Source of the DNA: Candidatus Eiseniibacteriota bacterium
Lineage (GTDB): Bacteria > Eisenbacteria > RBG-16-71-46
Direction: 5' to 3'
Assembly (NCBI GenBank): GCA_963744995.1
Contig: CAVUWA010000009.1
Span: 416,001-480,000, forward strand
Length of the DNA stretch: 64,000 bases
The notes under the pieces were generated by a model. It ran no database searches, was not told where the DNA came from, and saw nothing but the letters and a program-made list of their open reading frames with translations. Position 1 is the first letter of the stretch; each line of letters begins with the position of its first letter. Positions 9,058 to 18,823 of the stretch are shown in pieces. The position numbers and the translations under genes are program-made.

Positions 9058-10904
9058 AGGGTACCCTCCAGCACCTGCAGGCAGTTCTCGTAGCGCCCGA
9101 ACGACGGCATGAGGTAGACGCCGTCGGCCATGTCGTGGCACTCCGCGAGCAGGTTCTGCGCGAGCTCCACGCCGACCTTCTGGCCTTCGCCGCCCGCCGC
9201 GTGCATGCGCTCGCGGATCCACTGCGGGACGTGGATGCCCGGCACCTCGTTGTGCAGGAAGTCGGCGTGGCGGAACGACTGCAGCGGCAGGAGGCCGACC
9301 ATGATCGGAATCTCCGTGAGTCCGCTCAGGCGGTCCACGAACCGTTTCCAGCAGTCGAGCTCGTACACCGGCTGCGTCATCACGAACTGCGGTCCGGCGT
9401 CGAGCTTGCGTTTCACGTATTCGAACTCCGCGTCGAGGTCTTCGGCGGTCGGGTTCACGCCGCAGCCGAACGCGAAGTTCGTGCGCGCGCCGATCGAGGT
9501 GCCGGCGAGATCGGTGCCGCTGTTCATGGTGCGCACGATGCGCATGAGCCCGGGTGCGTCGGTGTCGAATACCGCGGTCGCGTTCGGATAGTCGCCCATC
9601 GTGGGCGGATCGCCGGTCAGGCACAGGATGTTGCGGATGCCGATCGCGTGCGCGCCGAGCAGCTCGCTCTGCAACGCCATGAGGTTCCGGTCGCGGGTCG
9701 TGAAGTGCAGGATGACCTCGAGCCGGGGAAAGTGCGTGCGGATCTGATAGCCTAGCGAAGGTGCGCTCATGCGGATCCGCGCGAGCGGCGAGTCGGCGAC
9801 GTTCACGCAGTCGACCCCGCGCCGCGCCATCATTTCCGCCGCGTTCATGACCTTGCGGGTGTTGATCCCGCGCGGCGGATCGATTTCGACACTCACGACG
9901 AACTTCTGCTCGAAGAGCTGCAGGAAGCGCGGCTTCTCGGTTTCGACCGGCTCGGCGGGCGCGGGGTCGCGCTCGATCACCTGCACGTCCGCGCCGGGGG
10001 CGTGGCGTTCGGACGGCCGGTGCGACGCCATCCGCTCGCGCATCGCGCGGGTGTGCGCGGGCGTGGTGCCGCAGCAGCCGCCGACCAGGCGCACACCCAT
10101 CTCGATCGCGCGCGCCGCGAAATCCGCGTAGTACTCGGGGCTCGCGAGGTAGACGAAGCGCCCGTCCACGACCTGCGGAAGCCCGGCGTTGGGCATCGCC
10201 GAGAGCGGTGTGTCTCCGGCCGCATCGAGCATCGCCTCGAGCACCTCGAGCGTGGGCTGCGGGCCGACGCCGCAGTTCACGCCGATCACGTCCACGCCGG
10301 CCTGACGGAGCGCCGAGGCGACGAGCGCCGGCGAGTGCCCGTAGCGGGTCTTCCCGTCGAGACCGAAGGTCGTCTGCGCCACGATCGGCATGTCCACGGC
10401 GACGCGGCGCACGCTGCGCACGGCGGCCAGGATCTCGCCGAGGTCGGAGAACGTCTCGAGCAGGAAACAGTCGCAGCCGCCCTCGAGCAGGCCCTCGGCG
10501 GTGGCGCGGAAGCACTGTTCGGCCTCGGCGACGGTGATCTGGCCGAAGGGCTCGAGCGGCTTGCCGAGCGGACCGATCGAGCCGGCGACGAGCGCGTCCA
10601 CGCCCACGATCTCGCGCGCGGCGCGGGCGACCTTGACGCCCTGCCGCGCGATCAGACGCACCTTCTCCTCGAGATTGTGAGCCGACAGCCGTATCGCGTT
10701 GGCGCCAAACGTGTTCGTCTCGATGAGATCGGCGCCGGCCGTGAGGTAGTCACGGTGCACCGCCTCGATCAGTTCGGGACGGGACAGGTTGAGCTCGTCG
10801 AAACTCTGCTCGAACCCGACACCGCGGGCATAGAGCTGCGTGCCCATGGCGCCGTCGGCGAGGACCGGGCCGCGGCGGATGCGTTCCATGAAGACATTGG
10901 ACAT
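9054..10904 (-). CDS. Bifunctional homocysteine S-methyltransferase / 5,10-methylenetetrahydrofolate reductase (YitJ-like)
   Basis: DGAMGT, ETNTFGAN, GVNC, PNAGLP, GGCCGTTP, followed by an MTHFR domain (VEIDPPRG, HFTTRDRN, LTGDP, MTQPVY). Confidence 0.93.
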   Translation of the reverse strand: MSNVFMERIRRGPVLADGAMGTQLYARGVGFEQSFDELNLSRPELIEAVHRDYLTAGADLIETNTFGANAIRLSAHNLEEKVRLIARQGVKVARAAREIVGVDALVAGSIGPLGKPLEPFGQITVAEAEQCFRATAEGLLEGGCDCFLLETFSDLGEILAAVRSVRRVAVDMPIVAQTTFGLDGKTRYGHSPALVASALRQAGVDVIGVNCGVGPQPTLEVLEAMLDAAGDTPLSAMPNAGLPQVVDGRFVYLASPEYYADFAARAIEMGVRLVGGCCGTTPAHTRAMRERMASHRPSERHAPGADVQVIERDPAPAEPVETEKPRFLQLFEQKFVVSVEIDPPRGINTRKVMNAAEMMARRGVDCVNVADSPLARIRMSAPSLGYQIRTHFPRLEVILHFTTRDRNLMALQSELLGAHAIGIRNILCLTGDPPTMGDYPNATAVFDTDAPGLMRIVRTMNSGTDLAGTSIGARTNFAFGCGVNPTAEDLDAEFEYVKRKLDAGPQFVMTQPVYELDCWKRFVDRLSGLTEIPIMVGLLPLQSFRHADFLHNEVPGIHVPQWIRERMHAAGGEGQKVGVELAQNLLAECHDMADGVYLMPSFGRYENCLQVLEGTL

Positions 10905-11102
10905 GGGCAGCGACTGTACGGTCTCGTTCGGAGCGGTTCAAGCGCGGGCCGGGAGAGCACCGCGCGCGCCGCCCGGACGGGAGGAGTGTCGCGCGCCGCC
11001 CGGACGCACGGCGTCCCGGATTCGTCAGATCCGCGGTCGGCGCCCGGGATGCACACGCGCGGGTGTTGGAGGCCCCGCGGGCCGCTGATATAGTCCGGCG
11101 CC

Positions 11103-12914
11103 GTGACCCTACGCTCGTCGCTCCTCGTCTCGCTTGCCGCCATGTCGTTCGCCATTCCCGCCGCCGCCGAGCGCGTTCCGACGCTCGGCCCGGACGCGCT
11201 CCTGCCGGGGCAGCAGGCCGAGGTCCGCACCGTGTTCGCCGGAGGGCGGATCGAGTCGTTCGACGCCGAGATCCTGGGTGTGCTGCGCGGCGGTCGGGCC
11301 GCGGGCGACATGATCCTCGCGCGCGCCACCTCGGAGCGGGTGGTGAAGAGCGGCATCGCCGCCGGCATGAGCGGCTCCCCCGTGTACGTGAACGGTCGCC
11401 TGATCGGCGCGCTGTCGAGCGGCTGGCCGTTCTCGCGCGATCCGATCTTCGGGATCACGCCGATCGGCGAGATGCTCGACGTCCTCCATCACGCCGAGGT
11501 CCCGGGCGACGGTGCGAGCGCCGGCCCGGCCGGCGTGTCGCCGTCCGCCGCGACCCCGCGCTATCGGGAGATGCGCTGGCCCGGGACGGAGGATCAGGCG
11601 CTGCCGGAGGCGCAGGTGCAGGCGCAGGCCGGCGCGGCGGATGGAGCCAGCCTGGCGCCGCTGCCCCTGCCGCTCGTCGGCGTCGGACTGCCCCCCGCCG
11701 CCCTTGCCTTCGCACGGCGTTCGCTCGCGCCCTTCCACATGGACGTCGTCCCGGGCGGCATGGGAGGCACGGGGAGCGCCGACAGTCTGCGTCCGGGGTC
11801 CGCGGTCGCCGTGGATCTCATGCGCGGGGATCTGCTGCTCTCGGCCATCGGAACGCTCACCTGGCGCGACGGCGATCGGGTGCTGATCTTCGGCCACCCG
11901 TTCTTCCAGGCCGGCGCCGTGCGGATGCCGCTCTCGACGGCCGAGATCACCACCGTCGTGGCGAGCGACCTGAATTCGTTCAAGCTCGGCGTCACCGGCC
12001 GTGAGGTCGGCGTGGTGGATCAGGACCGGCGCGCCGCGGTCGCGGGACGCATCGGCGCGCGCGCGCGGCTCCTGCCGATGCGGGTGACCGTGCGCTGGCC
12101 GGACCGCGCGCCCCAGACCTTCCACTACGAGACGGTCGAGGACCGCACGATCGCACCCACGCTGATGACGGTGGCCACGCTCACGAGCCTGCTCGAAGCG
12201 GGCGGCAACGCCGCCAACCAGACCCTGGCGTGGCGGCTGACCCTGCATCGCCACGGTCAGGGACCGTTCGTCCTCGAGGACGTGTTCGCCGGCGCGTCGC
12301 CGCCTGCGACCGTGGCACAGCGCGCCGTGCAGCCGCTCCAGTACCTGTTCGGAAACCCGTTCGAACCGCTGGCGCTCGACAGCGTGGCGCTCGAGGTGGA
12401 CGTCACGCCCGGGCGCAAACGACTGACCCTCGAACGCGCGGTGCTGCTCACGCCGATCGTGCGGCCCGGAGGCACCGTGCGCGTCCGCTGCGCCCTCGAC
12501 GCGTGGCGCGGCGCAGAGGCTTCGCGGACGCTCGAGCTGCACGTGCCCGATGACGCCCCGCCCGGGCGCTACGATCTCTGGGTCGGCGGCGGCCACGAGT
12601 TGTCGGCGTTCTCCGCGGAGCGGCGACCGGGCCACTTCCAGCCGGCCTCGCTCGCGGAGGCCTGGCGCCGCCTCGCCGAGCTGCCGCCCTCCGACGGCCT
12701 GCACGCCGTCCTGATCGCGTCCACTTCCGAGTGGAGCATCGCGGGGAGGGACTATCCGGGCCTGCCTGCGTCCGCACGCGCCATGCTGACCGTTCCCGGG
12801 GGCTCCGGCGCGCAGGAGGGCGCATCGTGGCTCGCCGAGACCCGGGCGCCCGTGGACGGTTCGCTCTCGGGCCAGGCCATGCTCAAGGTGACCGTCGAAG
12901 ACCGTGTTCCCTGA
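11103..12914 (+). CDS. SpoIVB-like peptidase S55 domain protein, secreted
   Basis: GIAAGMSGSPVYVNGRLIGALS catalytic-serine motif, AIGTLT..DGDRVLIFGHPF, signal peptide. Confidence 0.85.
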   Translation: MTLRSSLLVSLAAMSFAIPAAAERVPTLGPDALLPGQQAEVRTVFAGGRIESFDAEILGVLRGGRAAGDMILARATSERVVKSGIAAGMSGSPVYVNGRLIGALSSGWPFSRDPIFGITPIGEMLDVLHHAEVPGDGASAGPAGVSPSAATPRYREMRWPGTEDQALPEAQVQAQAGAADGASLAPLPLPLVGVGLPPAALAFARRSLAPFHMDVVPGGMGGTGSADSLRPGSAVAVDLMRGDLLLSAIGTLTWRDGDRVLIFGHPFFQAGAVRMPLSTAEITTVVASDLNSFKLGVTGREVGVVDQDRRAAVAGRIGARARLLPMRVTVRWPDRAPQTFHYETVEDRTIAPTLMTVATLTSLLEAGGNAANQTLAWRLTLHRHGQGPFVLEDVFAGASPPATVAQRAVQPLQYLFGNPFEPLALDSVALEVDVTPGRKRLTLERAVLLTPIVRPGGTVRVRCALDAWRGAEASRTLELHVPDDAPPGRYDLWVGGGHELSAFSAERRPGHFQPASLAEAWRRLAELPPSDGLHAVLIASTSEWSIAGRDYPGLPASARAMLTVPGGSGAQEGASWLAETRAPVDGSLSGQAMLKVTVEDRVP

Positions 12915-12933
12915 CCGACGAGGAGTCGCTACC

Positions 12934-15081
12934 GTGAAACGTTCCGCCGCCCGCTCGTTCCGCCGCGCGCCCGTGGTGCGCACTGCTGTGCTGCTCCTAG
13001 CCGCGGCCGTGGCGGCCGGAGGGGCGCCCCCGGCACGTGCGGCCACGACCCAGTGGTGGACGACGGCCGCTTCGGCCGACTACGCCGGGGCCGAGACCCA
13101 CGGGCTCGTCGTGGATCCCGACGGCGTCATCACGCTGGGTCCTGCGGCCGAGTCGTTTCCGGTGGACTCGCTCGAGGTGGTGTGGTCGGCGGCGGTGCTG
13201 GCCGATGGCCGCGTCGCCCTCGGCGGCGACGGCGGTCGCATCGTGCGCTGGAGTCGCGGCCGGGGCGCGGCGCCGTGGGTCACGCTGCCCGTGGGTCAGG
13301 TGCTGTCCCTGCTCGCGGACGGCGACGATCTCATCGCCGGCACGGGCCCCGACGGGCTCGTCTACCGGATTCGCGCCAACGGCGACACCGCCATGATTGC
13401 GGCCACCGGCGAGCGCTACGTATGGGCGCTGGCACCCGCCGGAAGGGCCGGCTGGTTCGCGGGCACGGGACCGCACGGCCGCGTGCTGCGCATCGGCCGG
13501 GACGGGAAGCGTCGCGTCCTCCTCGACACCGACGAGCAGAACATCGTGAGCCTGATCGCCGACGGCAAAGGCGGCGCGATCGCGGGCGGCGACACCCACG
13601 GCCGCGTCATCGCGCTCACCGCGGACGGCGCGGCGCGTACGCTCTACGACGCGGAGGAGGACGAGATCCGCGGCCTCGCGCTCGGCCCCGACGGCGCCGT
13701 CTACGCGGCCGCGCTGAGCGCGAAGGCGGTGGAGAACGCAGGCGACGACGACGACGCGCCGCCGCGACCCACCCGCCGGCCCGCGTCGCACGAGGGCGCC
13801 CACGTCTACCGCATCGTTCCCGACAGCCTCGCGGCGCTGTGGTGGACCGCACCGGACCCGATCGTGTTCGCACTCGCCGGCACGCGTGACGGCGTCGTCG
13901 CCGCCACGGGTCATCGCGCCGGGCTGTTCGTGATCCAGGGAGCAGGGCGCGCGTCCCGCTGGCTCTCGCCCCCGGAAGCGCAGGTCACCGCGCTGGCCCG
14001 GGACGGGGCGGGCACGCTCTACGCGGCGACCTCCAATCCGGCGCGGCTCTGGGAAGTGCGTCCCGGGGCCGGTCGCAGCGGCGAGCTCCTTGCGCCGGTG
14101 CTCGACGCACAACGCATCGCCCGCTTCGGCCGGATCCGCTGGTTCGGACGCAGTGGCGGCGCACGCATCGAGCTCGACACCCGCAGCGGCAACGCGGCGG
14201 AGCCGGACACGACGTGGAGCCCGTGGTCGGGAGGCGCCGCGACCGACGCGGGACGCATGGTCGAGGCGCCGCCCGCACGATATCTGCAGTGGCGCCTCCG
14301 GCTCACCGGGGGCGACCCGCGCATCGAGTCGGTCGAAGTGTCGTGGCGCGAGAACAACGTTCCGCCCGAGGTCGCCGGCGTGCGGATCGCCGCGCCGGCG
14401 GAAGGGTTCCGCGAGGGACGTCTTTCGCCGCGCACCGAGCCGGTGACGCAGGAGCTGCCCGGCGGCCGGCGCGTGGAGTTCTCGCTCAAGCGCCGCTCCG
14501 ACGAGGCGGATCTGCAGGCGCTGCCGCTCTGGGCGCAGGGCCTGCGCAGCGTGCAGTGGAGCGCCGCCGACCCGAACGACGATCCGCTCACCTACCGGAT
14601 CGACGTGGCGCGTGAAGGCGACGACACCTGGCTCCCCGTGACCCGCGACCTCGGCGATTCGGTCTACGTGTGGGACACCCACTCGGTGCCGGACGGACGC
14701 TACCGCCTGCGGGTGACGGCGTCCGACGTGGCCGGCAACGCGGTGGGTGAGGAGCGCGAGGGGTTCGCGGTAGGGCCGGTGTTCACGGTCGACAACACGC
14801 CGCCCGAGTTCACCTCGCTCGAGGTCACCGGCGGCGCCGGCCGCATCCTCGTGAAGGGTGCCGCAAGTGACGCGAACCCGGTGGCGCGCATCGAGGTGGC
14901 GGTGGACCAGGACGACTGGCGCGCCGTCACGCCCGCGCGCGGGCTCGACGACGATGCGCGGCCGGCGTTCGAGGCGACGCTCCGGAGCGTCGCCCCCGGC
15001 GCGCATGCCGTGACCGTGCGGATCGTGGACCGCGCCGGGAACTTCGCCGTGCGCGCCGCGCGCGCCACGGTGACGCGCTGA
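12934..15081 (+). CDS. Secreted beta-propeller protein with C-terminal Ig/Fn3-like domains
   Basis: Repeated AGTGPxGxVYRI/VWALA blades, RYLQWR, WSAADPNDD.L.Y, DGRYRLRVTASD, VDNTPP. AGGAG RBS precedes GTG. Confidence 0.75.
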   Translation: MKRSAARSFRRAPVVRTAVLLLAAAVAAGGAPPARAATTQWWTTAASADYAGAETHGLVVDPDGVITLGPAAESFPVDSLEVVWSAAVLADGRVALGGDGGRIVRWSRGRGAAPWVTLPVGQVLSLLADGDDLIAGTGPDGLVYRIRANGDTAMIAATGERYVWALAPAGRAGWFAGTGPHGRVLRIGRDGKRRVLLDTDEQNIVSLIADGKGGAIAGGDTHGRVIALTADGAARTLYDAEEDEIRGLALGPDGAVYAAALSAKAVENAGDDDDAPPRPTRRPASHEGAHVYRIVPDSLAALWWTAPDPIVFALAGTRDGVVAATGHRAGLFVIQGAGRASRWLSPPEAQVTALARDGAGTLYAATSNPARLWEVRPGAGRSGELLAPVLDAQRIARFGRIRWFGRSGGARIELDTRSGNAAEPDTTWSPWSGGAATDAGRMVEAPPARYLQWRLRLTGGDPRIESVEVSWRENNVPPEVAGVRIAAPAEGFREGRLSPRTEPVTQELPGGRRVEFSLKRRSDEADLQALPLWAQGLRSVQWSAADPNDDPLTYRIDVAREGDDTWLPVTRDLGDSVYVWDTHSVPDGRYRLRVTASDVAGNAVGEEREGFAVGPVFTVDNTPPEFTSLEVTGGAGRILVKGAASDANPVARIEVAVDQDDWRAVTPARGLDDDARPAFEATLRSVAPGAHAVTVRIVDRAGNFAVRAARATVTR

Positions 15082-15091
15082 CCAGGCCACC

Positions 15092-16426
15092 GTGCCCGAT
15101 CGGCGGCCGCCGCTCAGGCTGATCGAAGGGGGCGGCCGCCCGCGGCCGCCGTGGGCCGCGGCGCTCGAGCTCGCCGCGCTCGGCGCGGGAGTGACGTTCA
15201 CGATGGCGCTGATCGGCGCCATGCCCGGCGCCTGGCAGCGGCTCGGCGCCGTGCAGGCGCTGGCCGCGGCCGGGTTCGCCTTCCTCGCGCTCGCGCTGCT
15301 GAGGCTCGAGCGCTACGCGCAGGTGCCGCGCGCCGGCATGATCGTGCTGGCGGTCGCGCTCGCGGCGCGGGTGCCGCTGCTGTTCGCGCCGCCGGCGCTC
15401 TCGGACGACATCTACCGCTACGTGTGGGAAGGGCGGGTGATCGCCCACGGCGGCAATCCCTACACGCAGGCGCCCGCCGACCCCGCCCTGGCCGGCCTGC
15501 GCGACCGTACGATCCATCCGCACGTCAACCACCCGGAGCTCGCCACCATCTACCCGCCGCTGGCCGAGGCCGGGTTCGCGCTCGTCGCGCGGCTGTCCCC
15601 GACGGTGAGCGCGATGAAGGTCTGGGTGGCGCTGCACGATCTGCTGCTGGTCTGCGTGCTGATCCTGCTGCTGCGCCGCGAGGGCGCGAGCGAGGTGGCC
15701 GCGATCGCCTACGCCTGGAATCCTCTGGTGATCGTGGAGTACGCCGGCAGCGGCCACAACGATCCGACCGCGATGCTGTGGCTGGCGCTCGCCTGGTTGT
15801 GGCTCAGGCGCCGCCCGGCGCTGTCGGCGGCGGCGCTGGCGGCGGGCGTGCTCGTGAAGCTCGCTCCGCTGGTGACGCTGCCGCTGTTCGTCAGACGCTG
15901 GCCGTGGCGGGCGCGACTCATCGCCTGCGGAGGGCTCACGGCGGGGCTCGGCCTGTTCTGGCGGCTCACCCGCGGCAGCGACTCGGGACTCACGGCGTAC
16001 TGGGAGCGCTGGCGCAACAACGAGTTCGTCTTCCACCTGCTCGAGCGCGGACTCGGCTTCGCGCACGCGCGGCTCGCGGCGCTCGCGCTGGTGGGCGCAG
16101 CGGTGTTCTGGGCGCTCTGGCGGCGGCGTGAAGTGATCGCCGGTTCGCGCCTCGTGCTGCGCGTGGCGACCGTGGTCGCACCGGTCGTGCACCCCTGGTA
16201 CCTGGGCTGGGTGATGATGTGCGAGCCGTTCGGGCCATCGGCGCCGTGGGGTTTGCTTTCCCTGACGGCGTTCCTAAACTACGGCGTCTTGAGCACGCCC
16301 GCGGAGGGACGTGCGTTCCACCTGCCGCTGGCCTGGCGCGCGGTCGAGTACGGTCTGCCGCTGCTGCTCGCCGCGGCGATCGCGATCGTGCGGCGCGTGC
16401 GCGCACGACCGCCGGAAGGACGCTGA
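15092..16426 (+). CDS. GT-C fold membrane glycosyltransferase (GT87/DUF2029-like)
   Basis: SDDIYRYVWEG...NPY, TIYPP, YAWNPL..E.AGSGHND, VHPWY motifs; many TM helices. Confidence 0.8.
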   Translation: MPDRRPPLRLIEGGGRPRPPWAAALELAALGAGVTFTMALIGAMPGAWQRLGAVQALAAAGFAFLALALLRLERYAQVPRAGMIVLAVALAARVPLLFAPPALSDDIYRYVWEGRVIAHGGNPYTQAPADPALAGLRDRTIHPHVNHPELATIYPPLAEAGFALVARLSPTVSAMKVWVALHDLLLVCVLILLLRREGASEVAAIAYAWNPLVIVEYAGSGHNDPTAMLWLALAWLWLRRRPALSAAALAAGVLVKLAPLVTLPLFVRRWPWRARLIACGGLTAGLGLFWRLTRGSDSGLTAYWERWRNNEFVFHLLERGLGFAHARLAALALVGAAVFWALWRRREVIAGSRLVLRVATVVAPVVHPWYLGWVMMCEPFGPSAPWGLLSLTAFLNYGVLSTPAEGRAFHLPLAWRAVEYGLPLLLAAAIAIVRRVRARPPEGR

Positions 16427-16429
16427 CGC

Positions 16430-18415
16430 ATGTACCGCACACTCCTCACCGCCGTGCGCGCGGAAGCGTCCGGAGCCCGGGCGCTCGAGACCATCCGCGC
16501 GCTGGGACACTTTCATCGCATCCAGGCCAGCCCGGGCTACGACGCGGCGGCGGCGTGGATGGCCGACGCGATCGTGGATGCGGGCCTCGAGCCGGTAATC
16601 GAGCGGGTGCCGGGGGACGGCAGGACCCGCGCACTCGGCATCCTGCTGCCGCGCGGCTGGGTCCTCGAACACGGCCACGCCAGCCTGCGCGCCGCCGGCG
16701 GGCGCGAGCTTCTGTGCGACGCGGAGGCGGAGCCGCTCGCGGTCATCCAGCGCAGTGCGCCCCTCGCCGGTGTCTTTCCGCTGGTCGCAGTCCCGGCCGG
16801 CGGCGGCACTGCCGCCGACTACGCAGGGGTGGACGTGCGCGGGAAGATCGTGCTGACCGATGCCCCGGTGCATGCGGTGCTCGCCCACGCCGTGATCGAG
16901 CGCGGCGCGGCCGGAATCCTCACGTACGGACGCCGGCTGTTCCCCCCGGTCCGCGCCGCGCACGACGACGAGGACGCGCTGCCCTACACGTCGTTCTGGT
17001 GGACGCCCGCCATGCCGCGCGGCGCCGGATTCGTCGTGAGTCCGGCCACCGGCCGGCGGCTCGCCGCGCAGCTGGCGGCGGGGCAGGCGCTCGAGCTCGA
17101 GGCCGATCTCGCCTCGCGCGAATACGACACGAGGATCCCCCTGCTGTCGGCTTCGATCCCGGGCCGCGGAGCCGAGGAGATCCTGCTGCTCGCGCATCTC
17201 TGCCATCCGCAGCCCGGCGCGAACGACAACGCCTCCGGCGCGGCGGCGTTGCTCGAGGCGGCGCGCGTGCTCGAGGCGCTGCGCAGGAGCGGGGCGTGGA
17301 CACCGGGCGAGCGCGGCGTGCGCTTCCTGTGGATGCCGGAACTGTGCGGCACCGCCGCGTGGCTCGGGCTGGATCGCGAGCGTGCCCGGCGCACCGTCGC
17401 GGCGCTCAATCTCGACATGGTCGGCGCGGACCAGATGCAGTGCGGGAGCACGCTGCTGGTGGAGGATCCGCCGTGCTTCAACGCCTCGTTCGCCGAGGCC
17501 CTGCTGCGCGCGATCCGTCGGGATGCGCAGGACTGGATCACGTCGTACGCGGGGCCCGGCCATTTTTCGATGATGCGGCTCGGCGAAGTGCCGTACGGCG
17601 GCGGCAGCGATCACGCGGTGCTCGGCGATCCGCTCGTCGGCGTGCCCTGCCCGATGCTGATCCAGTGGCCGGACCGCTACTACCACTCCTCCCACGACAC
17701 CCCGGACCGCTGCGACCCGGACTCGCTCGCGCTCGCGGTGCGCTGCGCCGCCACCTATGCGGGGGCGCTCGCGGCACTCGATGCGGGCGGCGTCCCCGAT
17801 CTCGTCGAGCGCGTCGGACGCGACGCGCGGCGCCGGGTGCTCGAGGCCGCAGGGCGCGACGCGGCGCCGCACGGCGTCACGCGTGCGATGGTCGCGGGCC
17901 GTGCCGCGCTGGCTTCGCTCGCGCGCCTCGCCGACGAGCCGGCGCGGATCGCGGCGGCGCTGGCGCGCTTCGACGAATTCTGCGCTGCCGAGGGGGCGCC
18001 GCCGCCGCCGCCGCCGCCGCGCGGCCTGCGGGCGGAAGCGACCCCGGCGGCCGCCTGCTTCAGGCGCCGCGTGGCGGGGCCGCTCGAATTCCTCAACCAT
18101 CTCCTGCCCGGCTACGACGCGCTCGACGCGGAGGCACGGCCTGGTCTCGACGCGCTCATCGCGGGCCTGCCGGGCGGGCGCGCGACCCTCGACGTCGCGT
18201 GGGCGGCCGCGGACGGCCGCCGCAATCTGGAGGAGGTCGCCGCCGCGGTGCGGGTGGAGACCGGCCTCGACGTCGCCGTGGCCGCGCCTGCGGACGGAGC
18301 GGCCACGGGGCTTCTCGAACTCTTCACGATGCTCGAGCGACTCGGCCTGGTGTCGCGCTCGCCCGAGACGGAGGTCCGGTGGAATCTCGGCGCACCCGAT
18401 ACGGTCACGTCCTGA
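16430..18415 (+). CDS. DUF4910 / M28-family aminopeptidase-like protein
   Basis: HRIQASPG, AHLCHP.PGANDNASG, NLDMVG, GGSDH, YYHSS.DTPD motifs; HTH-like C-terminus. Confidence 0.82.
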   Translation: MYRTLLTAVRAEASGARALETIRALGHFHRIQASPGYDAAAAWMADAIVDAGLEPVIERVPGDGRTRALGILLPRGWVLEHGHASLRAAGGRELLCDAEAEPLAVIQRSAPLAGVFPLVAVPAGGGTAADYAGVDVRGKIVLTDAPVHAVLAHAVIERGAAGILTYGRRLFPPVRAAHDDEDALPYTSFWWTPAMPRGAGFVVSPATGRRLAAQLAAGQALELEADLASREYDTRIPLLSASIPGRGAEEILLLAHLCHPQPGANDNASGAAALLEAARVLEALRRSGAWTPGERGVRFLWMPELCGTAAWLGLDRERARRTVAALNLDMVGADQMQCGSTLLVEDPPCFNASFAEALLRAIRRDAQDWITSYAGPGHFSMMRLGEVPYGGGSDHAVLGDPLVGVPCPMLIQWPDRYYHSSHDTPDRCDPDSLALAVRCAATYAGALAALDAGGVPDLVERVGRDARRRVLEAAGRDAAPHGVTRAMVAGRAALASLARLADEPARIAAALARFDEFCAAEGAPPPPPPPRGLRAEATPAAACFRRRVAGPLEFLNHLLPGYDALDAEARPGLDALIAGLPGGRATLDVAWAAADGRRNLEEVAAAVRVETGLDVAVAAPADGAATGLLELFTMLERLGLVSRSPETEVRWNLGAPDTVTS

Positions 18416-18813
18416 GGCTCGACCCCGGCGAGGACATCGTCCAGGCTCTCGCGGACTTCGCCGGACGCGAAGGCGTTCGCGGCGGCATGATCAGCGGGAT
18501 CGGCGCCGTCGGCGAGGTCGAACTGGGGTTCTTCGATCCGGCTCGCGAGGTCTACGAGCGCCGCACGTTCCGCGGCGACCACGAGATCGGCGCGCTCACC
18601 GGCAATTTCAGCATGCTCGAGGGCCGGCCGTTCCCGCACTGCCACATCGTCATCGCCGGGCCCGATTTCGTCGCGCACACGGGCCATCTGTTCCGCGGTC
18701 AGGTGTCCGTGACATGTGAAATCCACGTCACGGTCGAGCCGGACCCCATTCTGCGCGTCCGGATCGAGGGCAGCGCTTTCGCGCCGCTCAGCCCGCGACC
18801 GAGACCGGGCTGA
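18379..18813 (+). CDS. PPC-domain / DUF296 protein
   Basis: LRLDPGEDI, SGIGAV, EI..LTGN, PF.HCH, GHL...V..TCE motifs. GGAGG precedes GTG. Confidence 0.85.
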   Translation: MESRRTRYGHVLRLDPGEDIVQALADFAGREGVRGGMISGIGAVGEVELGFFDPAREVYERRTFRGDHEIGALTGNFSMLEGRPFPHCHIVIAGPDFVAHTGHLFRGQVSVTCEIHVTVEPDPILRVRIEGSAFAPLSPRPRPG

Positions 18814-18823
18814 GCGCCGCGTG

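Noticed and set aside
10905..11102. SAM or cobalamin riboswitch upstream of the YitJ-like gene
   Set aside because: No recognisable SAM-I or B12-box core, and a -10 box 8 nt from the ATG leaves no room for a leader.
17998..18019. (GCC)n tract as a phase-variable repeat
   Set aside because: It is an in-frame triplet run encoding a poly-Pro linker.
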